From positions 2,790,001 to 2,854,000 of the forward strand of contig JBLDXI010000015.1 in the NCBI GenBank assembly GCA_047495785.1: a DNA stretch of 64,000 bases, read 5' to 3'. The DNA is from Lepidodermella squamata. Taxonomy: Eukaryota > Animalia > Gastrotricha. The position numbers and the translations under genes are program-made. Of the stretch, positions 12,701-21,162 are shown piece by piece. Numbering within the stretch: the stretch's first letter is position 1; each line of letters begins with the position of its first letter. Below the pieces are notes generated by a model that saw only the letters and a list, made by a program, of their open reading frames with translations, made no database searches and was not told where the DNA came from.

Positions 12701-13349
12701 CGGCATCCACCGTTTTCCTCAAGCGAATAATCCCGGAAACGAGACTGGGTCAAAAACCAGCCACCCGCAAGCGGAAGGCCGATCATTTTGGCAACAAGTG
12801 ATCTGTGTTTTTCACTCGAAATTCTTATTTATTAATGATGAGAATCGAATAAAACGTTTTCTTGGGCAATCTTATAACGCTTTCCTAAAAAAACTATAAA
12901 TTTTGAAAAAAAAATCGATCATCTATGAAACTTATATATTTCGATAGCTTACACCATCCTGGTTCCGAAAATATTTTTTCCTGAATTTTCCGAATAAAAT
13001 TTAAGAATTTTTTCCGCCTCGGCAGTATCGACAAATTTCAATCTTTGGGATTATTTTAGCTACTTTGCGAATATCTAGATGACCTTGTAAAGGTCCTAGG
13101 GAGACGAGTCTGGTCTCGTTGGAAAGAGCGTAAAAAGTTGTACCAGGAGACAAATTATCAAAAAATTACAAAAATGACTTTTCTCAGAAAATCGATTTGA
13201 AAATGGGTCGATTTTACATGCATTTAGCTATGCGCACATGGCTCGAATAAAACGCACAAAAATGTGGCTTTGCACATGGTGACCTTTGCACCCTAAAATT
13301 TTGACACTATGGCAGGATCGTAAGCTTCCGATCTTTATTATTATCTATG
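9774..13349 (+). mobile_element. P-element superfamily (THAP9/Galileo-like) transposon with long TIRs and a decayed transposase
   Basis: Ends CATAGATAATAATAAAG...CTTTATTATTATCTATG, with recognisable inverted similarity for roughly 350-400 bp. 8-bp TSD CACTAATA at 9766-9773 and 13350-13357. Transposase remnants: DASHCMKLVRKLF, TKLTNSHIRWAKWPMRVCLAVQIFSRSVAVAL...EGTELFCRIINDL*DCLN, LSYIAGFVIRRL...CETC. Stops and deletions are present. Confidence 0.92.
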
Positions 13350-13940
13350 CACTAATAAATTATTTTCTATGTATGCAAAAAATGACCTTGCCACACCCTC
13401 TGCACGGTTTCCATTGACCACGAGCGTAAACCCCATAATAATCGTAGCAATTTACTGCGGCAAAAAACACTTATTGCAAAAAATGTCATGGATCGCACAA
13501 CCAACATGTTTCATCCGGGAGTCATAGCAGCGATCGATTGGCCAATCAGCGCGCCCAGATTTTCTACTATTTAGCTCAAGCACAATAGAAAACACGTTCG
13601 AAGGTACGAAACTAAGGCATTTTATTTAAAGGCTAAAGCTAAGCTACTTTTGATCACCGAAACGGTAGATGATTAACGGTTGAAATTAGGCCTTTTTATT
13701 GGCAGAATTGGATCAGGTTTCTGGCGCGGCTATTGCTGGCACGCGCCAGGCAGAAATAACAATTCGTGGCGTGACACGTGCTATTTATTATGCTATTGTC
13801 ACCGCCACATCATTCATCACTTTCGTTATTGATCGGAATCCTGATTTCACTAAGAGCTGAATATGCGGCCATGGGTCGAAATATGCGATCGACTCGGCAA
13901 ACTGTCGAAGGTTAGACATTTACTTGTATTTATGCTTATA

Positions 13941-14228
13941 ATACCTCATTTTTTAGTGGACGGTCGTGCTGGTCACCATTTTTTGATGCGCTAGACACTT
14001 CCTAATTAGTATTCGTCTTCTTCGTTCACAGACGAAAGGCGCGAATTGAAGGTTGCAGCCTAGTTAAGGCTTCTCAAGCCATGCTTCGACATATTCACCC
14101 TGTAATTTGGTGATCTGTAGCTTATAACAGTGATTCTGGTGAGCGAAGAAGACGAATACGAATTAGGAAGCGTCTAGCGCGTCAAAAAATGGTGACCAGC
14201 ACGACCGTCCACTAAAGAAATGAGGTAT
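13941..14228. mobile_element. MITE (~290 bp) with ~90-bp TIRs and TA flanks
   Basis: ATACCTCATTTTTTAGTGGACGGTCGTGCTGGTCACC... at 13941 is inverted at 14140-14228, with TA on both sides. Confidence 0.85.
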
Positions 14229-14484
14229 TAAAGGTAATGAGAGGTAATGAGGTAATCCCATTCAAAGGGCTTGCCAGAAGTTCTATCTAAATACGTATTA
14301 GCGTCAAAAATTCGTCGTGGGCGTTGAAAGTGGGTGGACGGCTTCACAAGAATGAGTTATTATCATTTAAATTTATCTGAGTAGCTTATTTATAGATAAC
14401 ATAGCTATACAGTGGCTCTCTTTCGTTCTAATCTTAATCCACTAAAACTGAACTCGGAGACGATATTATTATCCTAACAAAGAA

Positions 14485-16138
14485 ATGCAAGTAGTAACCA
14501 TTGTTTTAGCATGTATTACGCTTCTTGTCCATGATTCATTGTCAGGATCAGTGGAGAAGCGAATAAATCGAACGAGAGAGATTTTGGACCAGTATCCAGG
14601 TCGGGGGCTTCCGAATGCCGGTCTCATAGCCCCAGCTCATTTCAGGAATAATCGCAAAACGTTTGTGACACTTTCGTTCACTCTAACTCGGTATTTGAGC
14701 ATTGACGACATGAATGGTGACGTGAACGTGCAGGGGATTGTTGAGGCAAGATGGTCCGATCACAAGCTGATGTCCCAACTCAGCCAATTCGACGAAACTC
14801 TGTTCATACCAGCCGACAAAATATGGATGCCGCGCATAATGCAGATCGGAAATAGCGAATTCAGCTTGAGCCGAGCAAATGCTCGAAGTGGCGACCTCGA
14901 GCCTGTTGAAGTGTCCCCGGAGGGCATAGTTTATTGGGCTCACGACGGACAGCTGTACATTAAATGCAATCATACATTCGCCAATTTCCCAAGTGACAAC
15001 TATGTGAGAAAGTTTTATAACTTTCAAATATCTAGATATGATAAAATGAGTCATTTTACAGGAATGTTCCTTCTCATTCAAGCCCGTTTATGAAACTGAT
15101 GGCGTAGAATTTCGCAAAGGCAACTGGTCTTACAGCTGTGAAAATCTTCCTGTGAATTGGTTGGTCGAATGTTCATCGACTGAAAACAAAGTGATCTTAA
15201 CACACGAGGGTATAACTTTCAAAGTTGTCCTTCGAAGAGAATCGAAATGGTTTGCATGGCACTTCCAGTTTCCTATTGCTTTCATGCTGATTCTGCAGCT
15301 TGGTGTTGGTATAGTGCCCATTCGTGCGAATGAGATTGCAGTTCTCGGCTTAAGAATAAGCATACTTGGAATTTTCATTTTCTACTACTCTTTATCGGCT
15401 GATGCTTTACCCAAAACGGAAAACCATATCAGCGCATTTTTCGACCTGGCAATAGCAGCTGTTCTCCTGGCTATTTTGTGCGATTGTCTAATGTGTGCGC
15501 TATTGGCTCGGCATGATGGCTTTAAAGATCGGGAGAAGCTGATTTTCGACGCAGCAAAAAGAGCCACTTTCGTTATGACTACATCTTATATGATTCTATC
15601 AATGCTAGTGGCATTATTATTGCCCGATAGAATGGTTGCGCTGCTTTTCGGCGAATACTGTGGCTTTGTGATCGTCGGATGTGCAGGATTTGTCTTCCTA
15701 GCAGCCACTTACTTAGACAAACTGCCCGCGCTTAATCGAGATAAGCTTAGGGGTGGTATCGACGTGACATGTGTGTTTGCGCTTCTGATTGTAGTGGTGC
15801 TGCTTATTGTCGGATGGGAACCAACCGGGGCTCTGCTTGTAGCTTTCATTGCCATTGCTTTAGTCATAATTTATATTCTTGCGCAGAAATTAGTAATATT
15901 CGGCAGTATGTGCCGAACCATTGGGACGATTGCATGTTGCAATGAATTTTGTTCACGTAAATGCCCAAATGCACGAAATTGTATGTATCATCGTGTCGCA
16001 ACCGAAGACTCACCAGATTCATTAGCAAATCGCGGAGCAGAATGCTCCAGGTTCTGCTCCATGTTCTGCTGTACAGAAGAACATGAAGAAGCGCATGATG
16101 CCCCACGTGTAGCGCCTACCCTGTTGACCCACGTGTAG
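14485..16138 (+). CDS. Divergent Cys-loop (pentameric) ligand-gated ion channel subunit with extra C-terminal TM helices; exons 14485..15003 and 15062..16138 (531 aa)
   Basis: Signal peptide, then ECD motifs WSDHKL, IWMPRI and VEVSPEGIVYW. Splicing a 58-nt GT-AG intron yields an exact C-X13-C Cys-loop (CNHTFANFPSDNYEC). LRR precedes M1, which carries the conserved Pro. M1-M4 are followed by three more hydrophobic segments. Confidence 0.85.
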
Positions 16139-16831
16139 CGCCTGTTGACCCACCTGAAGCAGATCAAGTCCAGCTAGACTCTTCACCACAGGTTACCCAA
16201 TAATAATATGTCAACCGCGCATAAGACAATAACATAGGACTATTGCGTGTTGTGTGGCGAATATTTCATTGGATGCAATAAAAACTAAAAAATTTCTCAA
16301 GTTTGTTGGGTGCACTTTCTTCGAGATTAGCATGTGTCACAGGTTTGATTCTCAATTTCTCAGCAGCCTAAATAACTATCAGCCTCTTTTGGATATCCCT
16401 CGACTCCTCGTTGATTCATCGGGATCAGAATCTCACGATGTAAAAAAAAAAAAGAAATTTCGAACCTCGCTTTTCAGATTTGGTGGTACTTCCGCACAGA
16501 AAGTTCCGCGCGTGTTATTTGCGCACATGGCTAATCCGCACAGGGATAATCCGCACAAGGTGTTTGCGCACATGTTCATTATTCATTGAAGCGTGACGAA
16601 AGATATTGATAGAATAAAAATGCTGCCTTTGATGTGACTTGAAGCAAAAGTGAATCGAAAATAATAAAGAATGATGGAAAATGATGACACAAATTTTACA
16701 GCCGGTGTGACCGACCATAAACATGAGAGTAGTATATAACACAAGCCTTGACATCAGTCATCATCATCATCGCACTTTCAGTTAAAATTTCAATTTTTTT
16801 AATTTCAATTTTCGCTATAAAATTTTTCATT

Positions 16832-17940
16832 ATGGGAAAAACGCGAGCAGCTAGCAAAGCGCAGAAGCGTGAGCTCGATGATGAGCAGCTGAATGGTCTC
16901 GCTGCCGACCTCGAAAGGCAAATGGGTCGATTCGAAGCCGAATTTTGCATCGATTGCGGTAAACCCAGAGGTGAATCGTATGATATGAAGCGCTGTCAAC
17001 CGTGTCGCGATGTAATGGAAGAAGAATTGCTCGCAATTTTACGACCCAAGGAACCAATTCAGCTCCCAGCTACGCCCAAAATCAATCATAATAATGTAAA
17101 ATTTGCCATCTCATGAAGTTTAACAGCTGGACTGAATTGTTTTTTTTTCAGTTCAAATTCAAAATCATCGAAAAAACCAAGACGCCACCCTTGGCAAGTC
17201 CTATCGAGATACCTCAACTTCAACCCGCTCGATTAACGCGTGCACGCGTTCGGCAGACTGGCGAAACGATTTCAACTGGAGAAGTTCAAAACGAAGCGAA
17301 GACGGAGACGTTACCGGTACCAGCTCCAGTCAAGCGTGGCCGAGGTAGACCGCGGAAAAATCGTATGTAAAAAATGAAATTTGAGGTATTTAGTTCCTAT
17401 TGTTTATTTGATTTAGCTGTTCCTGCTGTTCCCGAAGCTGTTATTGAGGCTGCTAGCCCTGTTGAGCCGAAACCGAGGGATACTACACCCGTTGCGCTAC
17501 CACCAACACCGCCGCCTCGTAAGCCGGAAACACCACCTCCCCCCTGGAAGAACAAAGTCCGCCACCGTTACCCGTGCGACCGCCGCCTTTACCTCCTCGT
17601 CCGCTATCGTTGCGATCCGATGCCTTACCGGCAACACCGTACGAAAACCTTCAGGTGATCGAGCCGGAAATCGGAGCTACATCAACGCAACCGAAGTCTG
17701 AGGTAATTCCTAATCAATCGAATTTTCCTAATTTTTTACGTAATTTCTAATTAAAATTTTCAATTTTTTTTATTTTTGAAATAAAAATCGATAAATAATT
17801 GTTAATATTTCATGTTTTTTTAGGAAAATAAGAAGGAACCACCGCTCGATCGTAACATTTATCGCTTCGCAAATACTAATGTTACGTTCACAAACTGCTT
17901 CGGAGACGCGTCCGAAGTTTTAGCCTCCGAAGTTTCGTAA
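16832..17940 (+). CDS. MULE-borne spliced accessory gene: CxxC-X12-CxxC motif, AT-hook, proline-rich (one apparent frameshift)
   Basis: ATG at 16832, GT-AG introns at 17096-17151, 17363-17416 and 17703-17823. Contains CIDC...CQPC and KRGRGRPRK. A 1-nt shift in the C-run at ~17539-17544 is needed to reach the last exon. Confidence 0.6.
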
Positions 17941-18627
17941 TCGCTCTCCGAAGTTGCGTAATCGCTGACCGAAGTTTGAGATTTTCGTTCACAAACGCGC
18001 GCACTTCGGACTGCGCGCCCGAAGTGAGAACAATGGGCGGCGCGCACGCACTAGACAAAGGACGCGCGCAAACTTCGGTTCGGAGAGGCCCATAACTGCT
18101 CTCCGAAGCACCTCCGAACCGAAGTTTGTGCGTGTCCGAAGTTACTATGTACGCACGCGCGCGCGGCCACTTGACCGCGCGAGGTAGGGCGACGACATAA
18201 ATTAACTGTTCCTGTGGCATGTTTAGCTCGTATCATTGACTATAATTGACGAAAATGACGTAAATTTCAAGGATATAAACGCGCGCAGTGAAATCCTTGT
18301 TTTCACAAAAAAAATTCAAATTAGAAATTATCGGGTGCCCTTAAAAATAGCTTATAGTGCGCGTTGAAAAAAATCAATTTAATTTTTTATTTATTCTGAA
18401 AAAATGGTGAATTTCGCGTCGAAATTTAGCTTCTTGTTATCGTCGTCGCATTTCGCATCTTATTAATTAGGAATTTTGAGAATTCAAGTGAAAGTGAAAA
18501 AAATTTGTGTCTACCCTGCGGCCCCTTCTCTAGTTTGAGCGCGCTCGCACTCGTGTGCGCGCACTCGAAATCTTCGGCCCGCAAACAATAGAAACTTCGG
18601 ACGACTCATGCTGCGCGCGCGCGGAAA

Positions 18628-19688
18628 TTGCCACTGATAACGTCACCGAAGTTTCGTTTGAGTGTTCCGAAGTTTCAAGTTCGGTCTCCGAAGTCACCCT
18701 CTCCGAAGTTAGTTTGTGGACGCACCATAAGGGCACGCCGTCTATTGGCTGCCGAGGCTACGTGTACCGATTTCTACCTGGTCGTAACGTGTGGCGATGT
18801 TCGCACTGTTCAGCTCAGCTTCTATTGGACGCGATTGAAGCGCGAAATCACTTCTCTTCTTGGCTACGGCCCTCGTCTTCGAATGATCACGTGTGACTTT
18901 GAAACTGGCCTTTTGCGCGCAATTAGGATCGTTTTTTCGCAGGTCGTAGTCATTGGGTGTCTATTCCATTTCAAGCAGGCTCTTTTCAAATGGGTAGCGT
19001 CTAACGGCCTTAAAGTAGCATATTTGAAACCGACTAGCTTTGTTCGCAAAATCGTTCGACGGGTAATGTGCCTCCCACTTTTGCCCTCTCAGATGGTTCG
19101 CCCGGCCTTTGTAGCTATTCGCGAAGAAGTCAAAAATACTAAGGAAAATAAAAATCTCATCTCTTTTTTATCTTACTTCGAAAATTTCTGGCTAAATAAA
19201 CTCGACTTGGAAATTTGGAACGTGTACCGATGTGACATTCGTACCAACAACATCGTCGAAGGTAAATTAATTTTCATTAAACTTTGCTTCAGAATTTCCA
19301 TTTGTTTGTGTTATTAGGATGGAATTCTCGCATAAGTAAGCTGGCGAAGAAAGTCCATCTCAACGTTTGGCGTTTTTCTTCCCTGCTAATCCGCGAAGAG
19401 GCCGTTACCCGTCGAGACTGGGCCAGAGTCGACGCCCGTACCTACAAAAAGCCGGCTAACAAGAAGTACGAAAAGCTCAACGCGACAACCGAACGGCTGT
19501 GGGACGATCTCGACGCTGGGAAGATCGGGTTCATGGATTTCTTGGATGCTTGCTCGGCCAACATGACCGACGTCGCACTCGTTTGCGAGAATGAGACGCC
19601 AGCCGACGAGTATCACAACGGGTACTATGAGGCCGAGGCCGATGGCGATGAACTAGCTGTCTACGCAGCAGTTGATCTCGACGAATGA
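18628..19688 (+). pseudogene. MULE transposase with internal deletion
   Basis: FLYWCH-like start (KGTPSIGCRGYVYR...WRCSHCSA) joined out of frame to ITCDFETGLLRAI...GCLFHFKQA...YFENFWL...RTNNIVEG|WNS (56-nt intron at 19262-19317). The segment with the first catalytic Asp (DGTF) is absent. Confidence 0.88.
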
Positions 19689-19945
19689 TTATCCCAATCT
19701 CTACTTCTTTCTCTTCTCGTCCTGTGATTTCGCGTTATTGTTTGTTTTGAGGATTAATCTTTTGAATAAACAGCATGCGTGGAAATGCCTTGTGCGCAAG
19801 TACCATGTGCGGAAAATTTTTGTGCGGATGTTTACCGTGCGGATCTTGCTGTGCGGAAGTACCAATACACCGCTTTTCACTTGTTATAACGGTAAAATAT
19901 TTTTCGCCTATATACATACTTCAAATTTTTCATATTTTCGGCGAA

Positions 19946-20890
19946 TCAAACAGTTTGTTTTAGCAGCAATAGCGATAGAAGCGAGAAGCATAGTAAGTAT
20001 CGATTGCTGTGGACATAAGACGCCGATGCCATAGTTGCATCCAGCCAATCAAGGTATTCCGACAGCCTTGTATTGACCCCCGGGAAATCCGGCCGGCCAC
20101 AGCCAATTCCAAACGACACCACACCAACCTGAATAGCCGCCCCGTCATCACCGTATACAACCATCGGCCCGCCACTATCACCCTGGCACGGATCCTTACC
20201 GCCATCCTTATACCCAGCACAGATTTGGGTCGCGTAAATCGGCGTATCGGCAACCTTATAATACTGGGAACATTCCGCGTTAGAAATTATCGGAATTGTA
20301 ACTTGCTGCAACAACGGCACATCTTGCTCCTCGCCTTCCTTCGTCGTCCCCCAGCCTGTTGTAACCGAATTTATCCCGACTAGAGATCCGATTTCAGCGA
20401 AAGGTAGGCAAACAGGTCGCGTTACCTCATTGAACTCGACTGGGGTTCTCAATTTCAACAAAGCAATGTCATTCTTGACACTATCTTCGTCGTATTTCTG
20501 ATGAACTTGAAGCCATTCAACTTCGTAAGTTGCTTCGCCCCGTTCGTTCAGCCTTAAATCGTGCTTCCCAGCTCGGACAGTCCACTTGCTGGTGCTTGAC
20601 CTAGGCGGGAAGCAATGAGCAGCGCTTAGGATGAAATTCTCATTGATGATACTGCCGCCACATTGCGGATCTCCGTCGTATACTAGTAGGACTTGCCAAG
20701 GATAGGCATTTGGCTTAGCAGTTTCCCCGCCAACGATGTATTCAGTGGAAGTCATGTACTTGTTCCGGCCGCAAATCGAGTAGTTGCCAACATTGGCGAT
20801 CGGCACTGATTGGGCTGCTAGAATCAGGCAGCTAAGCAAAATAAAAGAAACAGAAAGTGTCCTTATTTTCATTTTCCTCTCTCGGTGCAT
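19946..20890 (-). CDS. Trypsin-like (S1A) serine protease, single exon, probable GPI anchor (314 aa)
   Basis: Signal peptide, IVGG activation site, triad motifs SAAHC / NDIALL / GDSGGP, Asp in the S1 pocket (KDPCQGD), and a C-terminal small-residue site plus hydrophobic tail. Confidence 0.95.
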   Translation of the reverse strand: MHRERKMKIRTLSVSFILLSCLILAAQSVPIANVGNYSICGRNKYMTSTEYIVGGETAKPNAYPWQVLLVYDGDPQCGGSIINENFILSAAHCFPPRSSTSKWTVRAGKHDLRLNERGEATYEVEWLQVHQKYDEDSVKNDIALLKLRTPVEFNEVTRPVCLPFAEIGSLVGINSVTTGWGTTKEGEEQDVPLLQQVTIPIISNAECSQYYKVADTPIYATQICAGYKDGGKDPCQGDSGGPMVVYGDDGAAIQVGVVSFGIGCGRPDFPGVNTRLSEYLDWLDATMASASYVHSNRYLLCFSLLSLLLLKQTV

Positions 20891-21162
20891 AAATTGACAT
20901 CCCTTCCTGTGAAAGTTTACTGAGACTCAATAGATAAGATAAAAAGCATTTTCTCTGAATTGAAGAGGGTTGAATTCATTAAAGCACGACTGATAAGAAA
21001 ACAATTATCATTTTTATTCATCATTTTTTATAATGCGACAAGGTTGTTCGAAATTATCAAAATTATTCTAAATCGAGAGTAAAATAATATTTTTTTACAG
21101 GTTCTATCAAAAAGTAACATCGGGTTGAAAAGAAGGGTGCAGTTTTCTGTTCAGCTTTTCGA

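Larger units (their letters stand above)
16477..19870 (+). mobile_element. Complete-ended MULE (3.4 kb) with a cargo gene and an internally deleted transposase
   Basis: TIR core GGTACTTCCGCACAG...CTGTGCGGAAGTACC with CCGCACA subterminal repeats. 9-bp TSD CGCTTTTCA at 16468-16476 and 19871-19879. Confidence 0.92.
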
